Part shown: piece after piece, positions 41,853 through 53,969 of the stretch
Numbering within the stretch: the stretch's first letter is position 1
Layout: each line of letters starts with the position of its first letter
Source: an uncultured Gemmatimonadaceae bacterium
GTDB taxonomy: Bacteria > Gemmatimonadota > Gemmatimonadetes > Gemmatimonadales > Gemmatimonadaceae
Reading direction: 5' to 3'
Assembly (NCBI GenBank): GCA_963751275.1
Contig: CAVVTZ010000009.1
Span: forward strand, 384,001-448,000
DNA length: 64,000 bases
The notes under the pieces: model-generated
What the model was told of the DNA's origin: nothing
Seen by the model: the letters and a program-made list of their open reading frames with translations, nothing else
Databases searched by the model: none
Made by a program: the position numbers and the translations under genes

Positions 41853-43122
41853 CTACGCCTTGGCCGGCCGCTGAGACACCGAATACGACGCGTCGAGCAG
41901 CTCCACCGGGTGCACGACCCGTGCCGCCGATCCCGAGCGGATGAGCCCGGCGCCGATCTGCATCTGGCAGCCCGGATTCCCGGTGGCCACGAGGCGCGCG
42001 CCGGTGGCGGCGATGTGCGCGAGCTTGGGCGCCAGCACGGCCGCGGCGATCTCCGGCTGCACGAGGTTGTAGACGCCGGCGCTGCCGCAGCACTGGTCGG
42101 CGTCGGTGAGCGGGACGAGCGTGATTCCTGGAATGGCGGCGAGCACGGTGAGTGGCGGCGCGGCGACGCGCTGCGCGTGGATCAGGTGGCAGGGCGCGTC
42201 GTAGGTGACGACATCCTCGAGCGGTCCGCCGGCGCCGCGGTCCGGCGGCGGCGAGCAGTTCGCTCACGTCCTTGACCTTCGACGCGAACGCGGCGGCACG
42301 CGCGCTCCATTCGGGATCGGCGGTGAGCAGGCGGCCATACTCCTTCATCATCGCGCCGCAGCCCGCGGCGTCCACGGCGATGAACTCCGCGCCGCTGCGC
42401 TCGAAGGCATCGATCGCCGCCCGCGCGAGCTCGCGCGCCGTATCCGCGGCGCCGGCGTGGGCGTGGAGTGCGCCGCAACACCCGGCGCCCGGCGCGGCCA
42501 CCATGGTGTAGTCGTTCACAGTGAGCGCGCGCTCCGCCGCCGCGTGAACGTGCGCGAAGAGGCCGTTCATCACGCATCCACGCAGCAACGCGACGCGCCC
42601 CCGCGCGCCGCTGCCGCGCGCATCATACCCTGCGTCCGGGAGCGTTCGCGCACTCGCAGACAACATCGCCATCGGGAATGAGACCCTGGCGAACAACCTC
42701 GCGAGCCCGCTCGCGCGAACGAGCCGCGCGAAGAACATGACCCCCGCGAGCACCTTCGGCCGGGCGATGATCCATAACAGCAGGCGCTCGGCGATAGGCG
42801 CTCGGCGCTCGGCGGCTCCGCGTGCATGGAGGGTTTCTCGCGCCGCCTCGAGCGCCGCTCCGTATGGAACGCCGGAGGGACACGCGGTCTCGCAGGCGCG
42901 GCATCCCAGGCACCGGTCGAGGTGCGTGGACAGCGCCTCGTCATCGAGTGCGAGCGTGCCGTCGATCGCGGCGCGCATGAGCACGATGCGGCCGCGCGGC
43001 GAATCGTTCTCGTCGCCGAGCGCGAGATACGTGGGGCAGGATTGCAGGCAGAATCCGCAGTGCACGCACTGCATCAGTCCCGGCAGCGCGCCGGCGAGTG
43101 GAGTCCCGGTGGCGCCGCTCAT
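41853..43122 (-). CDS. glcF: Glycolate oxidase iron-sulfur subunit (frameshift near 42230)
   Basis: CVHCGFCLQSCP, CLGCRACETACP, CCGALH, CCGSAG, NPGC. Confidence 0.88.
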
Positions 43123-44246
43123 GCGGCCACGCTGCCGAGGATCCCGGGATTCAAGATGCCGCTCGGATCGAACGCCTCGCGCGCGCGGCGCGAGAGCGGA
43201 TCGCTCGCGGCCGACGGGACGATGCTCCATGTCTCCGCGGGCATGCGTTCCCAGATCACCGCGCATCCCTTCAGGCGCGACGCGAACGCGACCGTATGCT
43301 GCTCCGCGGGTGCCGGCAGCACACACCGGACCACGCCGCGCCCGACGCTGGCGTGCGCGAACGCACCGGGCCAGTCGGCTGACGCGTCGCGCGCGTGCCG
43401 CCAGAGCCGGCTCAGCTGCGACCGCCGTGCCGAGAGGCGCACCACGGCCGCGCCGGTGGGTTCCGCCGCGCGCAGCGACTCCCAGATCCCATCCGCCGTC
43501 GAGACGACCGCGCCGAGCGCGGCGATCGCGGCGCGCTGCGACCGGACGCTCTCGTCGTTCCCGCCCAGGCGCACGAGGAGGGCCGCGTGTGCCGCGACGC
43601 CGAGTCGCGCCGCGAGCGCCGGACTCAGCAACTCCATCGCCCACGGTGCGATGGGCGCGGCGGCCAGCTTCGCGAGCAGCGCATCGAGCGCGGGTGCCTC
43701 GTCGTCGCGCACGGCGAGCGCCACGGTCTCATTCGCCTCCGGGATCGCACGCAGGCGGAGGCTCACTTCGGTGATCACGCCGAGCGTGCCCCACGCGCCG
43801 GTGAGGAGGCGCGTGATGTCGAAGCCGGCGACGTTCTTCACCACGCGCCCGCCCGCGCGGATCGTGGCGCCATCGCCGGTCACCGCCTCGAGGCCCAGGA
43901 TCATGTCACGCGGTGTGCCGAAGGCGTGGGCGAGCGGGCCGGCGGACGCGGTGGCGATCGTCGCGCCGATCGTGCCGCGCGCGTCGCCGTACGGATCCAG
44001 CGCGAGGAACTGGCGCTCGGCGCCGGTGACGCGCGCGATCTCGCCGAGCGTGGTGCCGGAGCGCGCGGTGAGGGTGAGATCGCCGGGCACGTACTCGACG
44101 ATCCCGGCGTTGGCGCTCACGTCGAGCGGCGTCGCGCCGTCCACGGGCCGCCCCGCGAGCATCCAGGTCGCGGCGCCCACGACACGCTGCCGCGCGCCGC
44201 TCGCGGCGGCCACGCGCACGCGATCCGCGATCTCCGCGGTGTTCAC
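43119..44246 (-). CDS. glcE: Glycolate oxidase FAD-binding subunit
   Basis: EYVPGDLT, TIGA, GGRVVKNVAGFD, FDPSGILNPG. Confidence 0.85.
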   Translation of the reverse strand: MNTAEIADRVRVAAASGARQRVVGAATWMLAGRPVDGATPLDVSANAGIVEYVPGDLTLTARSGTTLGEIARVTGAERQFLALDPYGDARGTIGATIATASAGPLAHAFGTPRDMILGLEAVTGDGATIRAGGRVVKNVAGFDITRLLTGAWGTLGVITEVSLRLRAIPEANETVALAVRDDEAPALDALLAKLAAAPIAPWAMELLSPALAARLGVAAHAALLVRLGGNDESVRSQRAAIAALGAVVSTADGIWESLRAAEPTGAAVVRLSARRSQLSRLWRHARDASADWPGAFAHASVGRGVVRCVLPAPAEQHTVAFASRLKGCAVIWERMPAETWSIVPSAASDPLSRRAREAFDPSGILNPGILGSVAA

Positions 44247-45688
44247 GCGCGCGCCGCCGGCGCCGCGGTCCATTCGCGGCACGCGTGCACGGGCACCGTC
44301 TTCCCCGGGTTCGCGCGCCGCTCCGGATCGAACACGTCGCGCAGGCGGCACTGCGCCTCGAGCGACGCCGGCGAGAAGATCATCGCCATGTAGTCGAGCT
44401 TGTCGAGCCCGACGCCGTGCTCGCCGGTGATCGTGCCGCCGGCATCCACGCACGCCCGCATGATCTCGCGCATCGCCGCGCGAACGCGCGTGCTCTCGTC
44501 CGGGTCCCGCCCGTCGTATGGCACGTTCGGGTGGAGGTTCCCGTCGCCGGCGTGGAAGACGTTGCACACATGAATGCGGTGGCGCTCGCCGATCGCCTGG
44601 ATCTGGCGGAGCACCTCGGGCAGCCGCGTGCGCGGGATCACCGCGTCCTGCACCTGGAGCGCGCTCGCAATGCGTCCCATGGCGCCGAAGGCCTTCTTGC
44701 GCCCCTGCCAGAGGCGCGCGCGATCCGCTTCGTCGCGCGCGATGCGCACGCCGCGCGCGCGGGAGTCCTTGCAGATCCGCTCCACGGCGCGCACGTCGGC
44801 GTCGAGGCCGGCCTCGAGGCCATCGAGCTCGATGAGCAGCACCGCCGCCGCATCCGCCGGATAGCCGGCGGCGTAGATCGAGGCTTCGACGGCGCGGATC
44901 GTGCCGCTGTCCATCATCTCGAGCGCGGCGGGCACGATGCCGCTCGCGATGATCGCGCTCACGGCGCGCGCGCCATCATCGATGGACGTGAAATCCGCGA
45001 GCATGGTGCGCACGGCCGGCGGGTTCGGCGTGAGGCGCACCGTGACCTCCATCGCGATGCCGAAGCATCCCTCGCTCCCCACGAACGCGCCGAGCAGGTC
45101 GTAGCCCTCTCGCTCGCCGTCGGCGTTGCCGAGCGTCACGATCTCGCCGCCAGGCAGCAACACTTTCAGCGCGACGATGTGATTGAGCGTCACGCCGTAC
45201 TTGAGGCAGTGCGGCCCTCCCGCGTTCTCGGCGACGTTTCCGCCGATCGTGCAGGCGCTCTGGCTGGACGGATCGGGAGCGTAGTGCAGGCCGTGCGCGC
45301 TCGCCGCGCGAGTGAGCGCCGTGTTCACGACACCGGGCTCCACCACGGCAATGCGATCCTCGGGGCTGATCGAGAGGATGCGCGTGAGTTTGTTGAGGCC
45401 GATGAGCACCGCAGCGTCGCCGGCCAGCGCACCGGATGAGAGCCCGGTGCCCGCGCCGCGCGGCACGAACGGCCGGCCGGCGTCGGCGAGCGCCTGCACC
45501 ACCTGCACGAGCTCATCCTGTGTGCGCGGGAACACTGCCAGCCGAGGCCGGCTGTAGTGTCCTGGCAGCGCGTCCGCCGCGTACACCTCCAGCTCCTCGG
45601 CGCGCGCGATCACCCCGCGCTCGCCGACGATCGCGGCGAGATCGGCGGCGAGGTGCGTTTGCTCCGCAGAGGATGGTGTGGCGGTCAC
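44243..45688 (-). CDS. glcD: Glycolate oxidase subunit (FAD-linked oxidase)
   Basis: RGAGTGLS, APDPSS, NAGGPHCLKYG, HAGDGNLH, GEHGVG. Confidence 0.9.
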   Translation of the reverse strand: MTATPSSAEQTHLAADLAAIVGERGVIARAEELEVYAADALPGHYSRPRLAVFPRTQDELVQVVQALADAGRPFVPRGAGTGLSSGALAGDAAVLIGLNKLTRILSISPEDRIAVVEPGVVNTALTRAASAHGLHYAPDPSSQSACTIGGNVAENAGGPHCLKYGVTLNHIVALKVLLPGGEIVTLGNADGEREGYDLLGAFVGSEGCFGIAMEVTVRLTPNPPAVRTMLADFTSIDDGARAVSAIIASGIVPAALEMMDSGTIRAVEASIYAAGYPADAAAVLLIELDGLEAGLDADVRAVERICKDSRARGVRIARDEADRARLWQGRKKAFGAMGRIASALQVQDAVIPRTRLPEVLRQIQAIGERHRIHVCNVFHAGDGNLHPNVPYDGRDPDESTRVRAAMREIMRACVDAGGTITGEHGVGLDKLDYMAMIFSPASLEAQCRLRDVFDPERRANPGKTVPVHACREWTAAPAARA

Positions 45689-45703
45689 GATGGCAATCTA
45701 TGA

Positions 45704-45746
45704 TGAAACAGGCGGGAGACCGAGGTGCCGGACTCCCGCCTGTTCA
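45704..45746 (-). terminator. Terminator-like hairpin after the sigma factor gene
   Basis: acaggcgggag...ctcccgcctgt followed by a short T-run on the minus strand. Confidence 0.6.
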
Positions 45747-45767
45747 TGCCGCCTGCCGGCTGGCCGT

Positions 45768-46662
45768 TTACGCCGCGGTCCAGAATCCCGCGAGCGCCGA
45801 GCCGTCGGGCGACTCGCGCAGCTTCTCGAAGGCCCGCTCGCGGATCTGGCGGATGCGCTCGCGCGTCACGCCCATCAGCGCGCCGATCTTCTCGAGCGTC
45901 AGCGCCTCGGAGCCCTCTTCCAGACCGTAGTAGAGGTAGAGGATCTTCCGCTCGCGCGGCGTGAGGTAGCGGCGGAACACGCGGTCGATGAACTCGCGCA
46001 TGAGCTTGAAGTCGGTGACGTCCTCGATCTCGATGCCCTCGACGCCCACGAAGCGCTCGCCGAGCGTGCTGGCCTCGCGGTCGGAGCGATCGATCGGCGC
46101 ATCGAGCGAGACTTCGGTCGCCGACATCTGCTTCGAGGAGCGCACCTGCTCGGGCGACTCTTCGATGAGGCGGCCGATCTCGCTGTCCGTCGGATCGCGC
46201 TTCAGCACCTGCGCCAGCACCGTCTCGGCGCGGGCGAGCTTGATGAGCTGCGAGTTCTGATTGAGCGGGATGCGGACCGAGCGCGTCTGCTCGGCGAGCG
46301 CCTTGAGGACCGCCTGGCGCACCCACCACACGGCGTACGAGATGAACTTCACGCCCTGGTCGGGATCGAATTTCTTGACCGCCTTCAGGAGCCCTTCGTT
46401 CCCGATCGCGACCAGCTCGCTCAGATCGAGACCGTGCCCCTGGTACTTCTTCACGTAGGAGATGACGAATCGGAGATTCGCCGTGACCAGCCGCTCGGCG
46501 GCCTTCTCATCACCCTTCTGCGCGCGGCGAGCGAGCCGTCGCTCTTCCTGCACGATCGGTGATCAGTGGAAGCTTCTGAATGTCGTGGAGGTACTGATCG
46601 AACGCGGTGGAAGGGGACGAACGGAAGAACCCTTTGGACCTGCTTTCGGTCGCATGCTGCAT
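45768..46662 (-). CDS. RNA polymerase sigma-70 factor, RpoD/SigA family without region 1.1 (frameshift near 46555)
   Basis: FDQYLHDI (region 1.2, shifted frame), ANLRFV, KFISYAVWWVRQA, TLEKIG, TRERIRQI. Confidence 0.9.
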
Positions 46663-46888
46663 AACACGTCCCATCCTGTGTGCGAGTGAGAAGCCGCTTC
46701 GCGGCTCGTCGCCAGTTTGGAAGGTCGGGGACGCGCAGGATAAGACGGGCTTTCTAATCGGTCAAGAGTCACATTCTTATTTTCGTATCGGGGTGTATTC
46801 GGTATCGAGGCAGTCTGTTGCCGGCATGGAGTTGGGTCGGAGGGATCTATTGGAGCTTCGGCCGCGACGAAACACTCGCGAGGGAACT

Positions 46889-47968
46889 TTATCCAACCGA
46901 CCAGAGTGATCGGATCGCATCATCGGGCACGGGGACCGTCCACCCTTTGCCCGCACCGGCCATCATGCCAATGCGTTTCGGGAGCGCGAATTCGACGACG
47001 CCGGCCCGGGTCTTCTTATCCGCGTGGAGCAGCTGCATCGCGCTCTCGATGTTGAACCCAATGTCCCCCAGGAAGCCAGCGGTGCCGATCGCCTCCATGA
47101 TCCGGTCAGCCGTTCCCGGCTCAGCGATGTTGAGCTGTTCCGCGAGCATCGCCTCCTGCACATCCCGAACGCGACGGCCTCACCATGCAGGAGCGTGTAG
47201 TTCGATCCCGCCTCGACGGCGTGCCCGATCGTGTGGCCGAAGTTCAACGTCTTGCGAAGACCTTTCTCCTTGGCGTCGGTCGCGACGACGGCGGCCTTGA
47301 TGCGGATGCTGCCGAATGATGATCCGGTGCATGGCCTCGCCGGCCGGATCCTTGAGCGCCGAGGGGAGGTCCGCGACGGTCTTCTCGAAGTATCCGGCGT
47401 CGGCGATCGCGCCGTGCTTGATCGCCTCGGCGGTTCCCGAGCGCAGTTCTCGCTCGGGCAGCGACTTGAGGGCCAAGGGGTCCACGATCACCGCGACCGG
47501 ATCATGGAACGCGCCCACGAGATTCTTCCCGGCCGGCGTGTCCACGCCGGTCTTCCCGCCGATGCTCGCGTCGATCATCGCGAGCAGCGTGGTGGGCACC
47601 TGAACGAACGGGATGCCGCGCATGTACGTCGCGGCGACGAAGCCCGCGAGGTCGCCGATCATCCCGCCGCCGAGCGCGACGATCGCGCCGTCGCGGCCGA
47701 AGCCGGCGGCGAGCAGTTCGTCGGTGAGCCGCGCCCAGTGCTCGCGCGTCTTGTGCGCCTCGCCGGCGGGCACGGTGAACAGGTCGATGCGCGCGTCGCC
47801 GAACGATGCGGCCACGCGCGCGGCGTACAGCGGCGCGACGTTCGAGTCGGCGATGATCGCCCAGCGGTGCGCCTTCACCGCGGCGCGCGCGATGCGTCCG
47901 GTCTGGTCCAGCAGCCCGCGCCCGACGTGGATCGTGTACGCGCCGAGCGTGACGGTCTCGGGCTTCAC
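46889..47968 (-). CDS. aroB: 3-dehydroquinate synthase (frameshifts near 47310 and 47160)
   Basis: [52 protein letters not shown]. Confidence 0.92.
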
Positions 47969-48512
47969 CAGGTGACTTCCGCCGCGCCGGCGCGCCGGTT
48001 GGCGACGCGGGCGAGCACGAAGAGCAGGTCGGAGAGCCGGTTCAGGTAGATGATCACGATGGGCGGCACCACGATGTCGGGATGTTCGCGCAGCGCGATC
48101 ACGCGCCGCTCGGCGCGCCGGCACACCGTGCGTGCGACGTGCAGCGCGGCGCTCTTCGGCGTGCCGCCGGGCAGGATGAACGCCTGCAGCGGCTCCAGCT
48201 CGGCCTCGCCCTCGTCGATGGCGCGCTCGAGCTCGGCGATGCGCGTGTCGTCGAGTCGCGCCTTCTCCATCTGCTGCTTCACCTTGCCGGGCTGCGGCGT
48301 GGCGAGCAGCGCGCCCAGCGAGAAGAGATCGCGCTGGATCGGCGCGAGCACCTCGTCGATGCGCGGCATCATCTCGATCGAGCGTGCGAGGCCGAGCATC
48401 GCGTTGAGTTCGTCCACGTCGCCGTACGCTTCGACGCGCGGGTGGTCCTTGGAGACGCGGCCGCCGCCGAAGAGGCCGGTGTCTCCCTGGTCGCCGGTCT
48501 TCGTGTAGATCT

Positions 48513-48516
<4 letters not shown>
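47965..48516 (-). CDS. pduO: ATP:cob(I)alamin adenosyltransferase, PduO type
   Basis: MKIYTKTGDQGDT, YGDVDELN, FILPGG, RTVCRRAER, NRLSD. Confidence 0.92.
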
Positions 48517-49575
<1,059 letters not shown>

Positions 49576-49635
49576 TATAAGGCAGCGATCCCTTGCCCGG
49601 TCTCGCACCGGGCGTCGAATTCCTCATCCCACCGC

Positions 49636-50652
49636 ATGGCGCACGAACTCACAGACATTACGATCATCGGCGCCGGACCCACCGGACTCTTCGGCGCTTT
49701 CTATGCCGGCATGCGCGGCGTCTCCGCGCGGATCATTGACGCGCTCCCGGAACTCGGCGGACAACTGGTGGCGCTCTATCCCGAGAAATACATCTTCGAC
49801 GTCGCCGGCTTCCCGAAGATCCTGGCCAAGGACCTGGTCCGCAATCTGGCGGAACAGGCGGGCCAGTTCCATCCGGACATCCAATTGAACCAGCGCGTCG
49901 TCTCCCTGGAAGAGGACGGGGGGCACTTCACGCTGGTCACGGACACGGAGCGGTTCCCCACCCGCGCGATCGTGATCGCGGCCGGGATCGGCGCCTTCTC
50001 CCCGCGCGCGCTGCCCGCGCCCACCGCGGCGGCCTGGTACGGGCGGGGGATCCACGACCGGGTGACCGACCCCGCGCTCTTCCGGGGGCAGAAGGTGCTC
50101 ATCGTGGGCGGCGGCGACTCGGCCTTCGATTGGGCGCATCATCTGCTCGACGTGGCGGACCACGTGACGCTCGTGCACCGTAGCGACCGCTTCCGCGCCC
50201 ACGATGCCACGGTGCAGCAGGTGCGGAAGGCGGAGGCGATGGGGCGCACGTCGATCCACACCTTTCACGAACTGGTGAGCGTGCACGGCGAGAACGGCCG
50301 CGTCACGAGCGTGGTGCTCAAGGACAACAAGGGGAAGACCGAGCGCTCGCTGGACGTGGACGCGATCCTGCCAATGCTGGGATTCGTGAGCGACCTCGGC
50401 GCGATCACGGAGTGGGGGCTGAACCTCGTGAAGGATGAGATCGTGGTGGGGCCGACGATGGACACGGGGCGCCCCGGCATCTACGCCGCCGGCGACGTGG
50501 TGAGCTATCCCGGCAAGCTCAAGCTGATCGCCACCGGCTTCGGCGAGGCGAGCACGGCGGTGAACCAGGCGGTGCACTGGATCTACCCCGAGAAGAAGAT
50601 CAACCCGGGACACAGCTCGAACATGGCGCTCTTCGGGCAGAAGGACGACTAG
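49636..50652 (+). CDS. Ferredoxin--NADP reductase, TrxB-like (YumC type)
   Basis: IIGAGPTG, LYPEKYIFDV, GGGDSAFDWA, KLIATGFGEA, C-terminal GHSS; no CxxC. Confidence 0.88.
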   Translation: MAHELTDITIIGAGPTGLFGAFYAGMRGVSARIIDALPELGGQLVALYPEKYIFDVAGFPKILAKDLVRNLAEQAGQFHPDIQLNQRVVSLEEDGGHFTLVTDTERFPTRAIVIAAGIGAFSPRALPAPTAAAWYGRGIHDRVTDPALFRGQKVLIVGGGDSAFDWAHHLLDVADHVTLVHRSDRFRAHDATVQQVRKAEAMGRTSIHTFHELVSVHGENGRVTSVVLKDNKGKTERSLDVDAILPMLGFVSDLGAITEWGLNLVKDEIVVGPTMDTGRPGIYAAGDVVSYPGKLKLIATGFGEASTAVNQAVHWIYPEKKINPGHSSNMALFGQKDD

Positions 50653-50688
50653 AATGCACAGTCGTTGGTCGTCAGCCGTTGGCGTCGA

Positions 50689-51597
50689 TTGAGCTTCATC
50701 TTGTGCGCCAACACCGACGACGCGACGGCGGCGGTCGTGCGCGATGCGCTGGGCGGCGCCGGGCATGAGACCGTGTCGGTCACGGGCGGATCGTTCGCGC
50801 TGAGCGCGATCCAGGAGCGCGAGCCCGAACTGCTCGTGATCGGCGATGCCGGAGGCCTCGAGTTGTGCCGCGCGGTGAAGCTCAACCCGTTCACCGCGCG
50901 CATTCCGGTGCTGATGCTCACGGGGCAGGGGGACATCGCGCACATGGAGGCGGCGTTCGAGGCCGGCGCCGACGATTCCATGAGCGTCCCGTTCGATCCG
51001 CGCGAGCTGCGCGTGCGCGTGGTCGCGCTGCTGCGACTGGTGCGCCGCGAGGGGGACCGCAATCCCACGAGCGGGCTGCCCGGCGGCAAGGCGATCGAGG
51101 AGGAGATCGCGCGGCGCGCGGCGCTGCGGCTGCCGTTCGCGCTGTGCTATCTCGACCTCGACCACTTCAAGCCGTTCGCCGACACCTTCGGATTCACCGC
51201 CGCCGACGCCGTGATCCGCGAGCTGGGCGCCGCGATCCGCGCCGCCGTCGAGGAGTGCGGCGCGCCCGGCGACTTCGTCGGCCACATCGGCGGCGACGAC
51301 TTCCTTGCGGTGACGGGGGACGCCGCCGCGGAGTCCATTGCCAGAGAGTGCGCGGCGCGGTTCGTGAGCGTGGCGGCGCGCGCGGTGGGTGAGGACGCGG
51401 TGCGTCGCGGGCGCTTCTCCGGCCTCGATCGCGACGGCGCGCCGCGGGAGTTCCCGATCGCGCGGCTCTCCGCGGCGGTGCTGCGCGTGGACCCCGCGCG
51501 ATGGGTCTCGACCGGTCACATCGGGACGCTCGCCGCCGAGGTGAAACGGCTGGCGAAGCAGAGAGGGCCGGGCACCATCCTCGTGCAAGCGGTGTGA
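50689..51597 (+). CDS. REC-GGDEF diguanylate cyclase-like protein
   Basis: Receiver-like N-terminus; NPTSGLPG, DLDHFK, HIGGDDF. Confidence 0.85.
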   Translation: MSFILCANTDDATAAVVRDALGGAGHETVSVTGGSFALSAIQEREPELLVIGDAGGLELCRAVKLNPFTARIPVLMLTGQGDIAHMEAAFEAGADDSMSVPFDPRELRVRVVALLRLVRREGDRNPTSGLPGGKAIEEEIARRAALRLPFALCYLDLDHFKPFADTFGFTAADAVIRELGAAIRAAVEECGAPGDFVGHIGGDDFLAVTGDAAAESIARECAARFVSVAARAVGEDAVRRGRFSGLDRDGAPREFPIARLSAAVLRVDPARWVSTGHIGTLAAEVKRLAKQRGPGTILVQAV

Positions 51598-51608
51598 GGC
51601 TACTTTAG

Positions 51609-51639
51609 AGGGCCCCCTTGGACGCGGGGCCTTTCTTCA
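51609..51639 (+). terminator. Possible intrinsic terminator
   Basis: agggcccc-9 nt-ggggccct followed by ttcttc. Confidence 0.5.
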
Positions 51640-51733
51640 CCTGGGAACGCATGGCCGACGCGCGGACGACCCGGACGCAGCTGCGAGTGATGCACGACGC
51701 GCGGAGCGATCGCGCGGGACGTGCGCACGCGTG

Positions 51734-53966
51734 ATGCGCCGCGCCCTCCTCGCCGTCGTTCTCGCCGCCGCGCCGGCGCTCGCCGCCGCCCAGAGCATCG
51801 AGTGCGACCTCGGCGACCGCGAGGTGATGCACGTCCAATTCGTGGGCAACCGGAAGTTCTCCTCGTCGGAGCTCGAGGATGCGATCGTCACCGCGCCGGA
51901 CAGCTGGATGCGCCGCAGTGTCGGTATTCCCTTGGGCGCGAAGCACTGTCTCGATACGCTCGAAGTGGATCGCGATGCGCTGCGGCTGCAGATCTATTAC
52001 CGCCTGCGCGGCTACTACAACGCGACCGTCGACCACTCGATCATCACGCTGAACACCAGGTCGGTGAACGTGCGCTTCACCATCACCGAGGGGCCGGCGA
52101 CGGTGGTGGACAGCATCACCGTGCTCGGCATCGACTCGGTGCCGGGCAATGCGCAGCTCCGCAAGCCGTTCACGAAGTTCAAGGGCCGCCCCTTCTCGCG
52201 GGTGGCGCTGCAATCGCTCATCGACACGGCGATGGTGCGCCTCTGGAACCACGGCTATCCGTACGCCGAGCGTCCGCTCACCAGCTTCTCGGTCGATTCG
52301 ACGACGCACCGCGCGAGCATCGAACTCAGTTTCTTCCAGCGCTTCCTCGGGCAGTCGGTGCCACTGCCGACCTCGCGCGCGCGCATCACCTCCATCGCTG
52401 TATCGTCCACCCCGGGTCCGGACTCCGGGAAGGTGTCGCCGCAGACGGTGCGGAAGCTGATGTTCATCAAGCCGGGCAAGGTCTACTCGCAGGAGGATGT
52501 GGCCTCGAGCCAGCGCGAGCTCTACTCGCTCGAGCTGGTGCGCCACGTGGATGTGGACCTGCTGCCCGATTCGCAGCAGACGAGCGATACCGCGCTCAAG
52601 ATGCGCGTCCTGTACACGGAAGCGGATCAGCACACTCTGCGCTTGGGGGCCGGCTGGGCGACCTTCGACTGTCTGCGCGCGCAGACGCGCTATTCGGACC
52701 GCGACCTGTTCGAGGGCGCCGAGCGCTTCGACTTCAACGCCCGGCTCTCGCACATCGCGCTCTGTCCGAAGTACGTGCGGGAGGATCCTTCGAGTCAGGG
52801 GATCAACTATTACGTCTCGGGAACGCTGCGCCTGCCGACGCTCTTCGGCCCGCGCAACCAGCCGTCGCTCACGCTCTTCTCGGAACGCAGCTCGGAGTAC
52901 AAGGCGTATCTGCGGGTCACGCCGATCGGCAGCGTGCTCGCCTTCAACCGCGATCTGGATCCGCGCGGCATCCGGCCGGGGCTGCCGCTCTCGCTCACGG
53001 CCCGCGTCGAGTACGGGCACACGCAGGCGCAGGACGCGGTCTTCTGCCAGCTGTTCAACGTGTGCTCCGCGGCCGACATCGCCCGGCTGCAGCAGAACAG
53101 CCTGCTGCTGGTGCTCGGCGCGGGACTCACGCACGACCAGACGAACTCACTGCTGAACGCGACGAGCGGATCGCTGCAGCGGCTGGAACTCCGCTGGGGC
53201 GAGAGCGCGCAGGATACCGGCGCGGCCAGCCGGTGGACGCGGCTGCTCGGAGAGGTTGCGTACTACCACACGTTCGGCTCTTCCGTGCTGGCGACGCGCC
53301 TGCAGATCGCCGGCCTCTTCGTGCCCTGGACGCTCTTCGATCCGGCCACGCAGTTCGTACCGCCGGAAGAGCGGCTCTATGCGGGCGGCCCGAACTCGGT
53401 GCGTGGCTACGGGCAGAACCTGCTCGGCCCGATCGTGTATACCGTGAACGGGATCGACAGCACGCACATGTCCGGGCCCAACAAGGTCTACCAGGTGGAC
53501 GTCGACGACCACGGTGACGCAGTACTCGGCGGCGGGCGGCAACACGTCCGTCACGGCGACGGTGGAGTGGCGCGTGACGCTGCCGAAACCGTGGAACGTG
53601 ATCGAGCTCGCGGCGTTCGTGGACGCGGGTTTCGTATGGAACCGCGGCGCGGTCATGGACTCGGCGGGGCACACGATCGGAGTGAACCTGAGCGACATCA
53701 AGTACACTCCGGGATTCGGCATCCGCTATCTTTCCCCGGTGGGACCGATCCGCGTGGATTTCGCGTACAACAAGTACGGGACCGGATTCGGCGCCGCGTA
53801 CTACCAGAATCCGGCGAACTCGCTGCTCTGCGTGAGTCCCGGGAACACGTTCGACCGCGGTGTCGTGCCGGCGGGAAAGACGTGCCCGCTCACGTACCAA
53901 CCGCAGGCGAAACCGGGTTTCTTCCAACACATCAATTTCAACTTCAGCATCGGCCAGGCGTTCTAA
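51734..53966 (+). CDS. tamA: BamA/TamA family outer membrane protein (frameshift near 53510)
   Basis: Signal peptide, POTRA-like YRLRGY, YAGGPNSVRGY, FVDAG, GPIRVD, C-terminal SIGQAF; upstream of TamB. Confidence 0.82.
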
Positions 53967-53969
53967 TCC

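Noticed and set aside
46663..46888. Lower-GC spacer upstream of the sigma factor as a possible ncRNA
   Set aside because: Only one short hairpin (agccgc-ttc-gcggct) and no recognisable RNA motif; more simply a promoter region.
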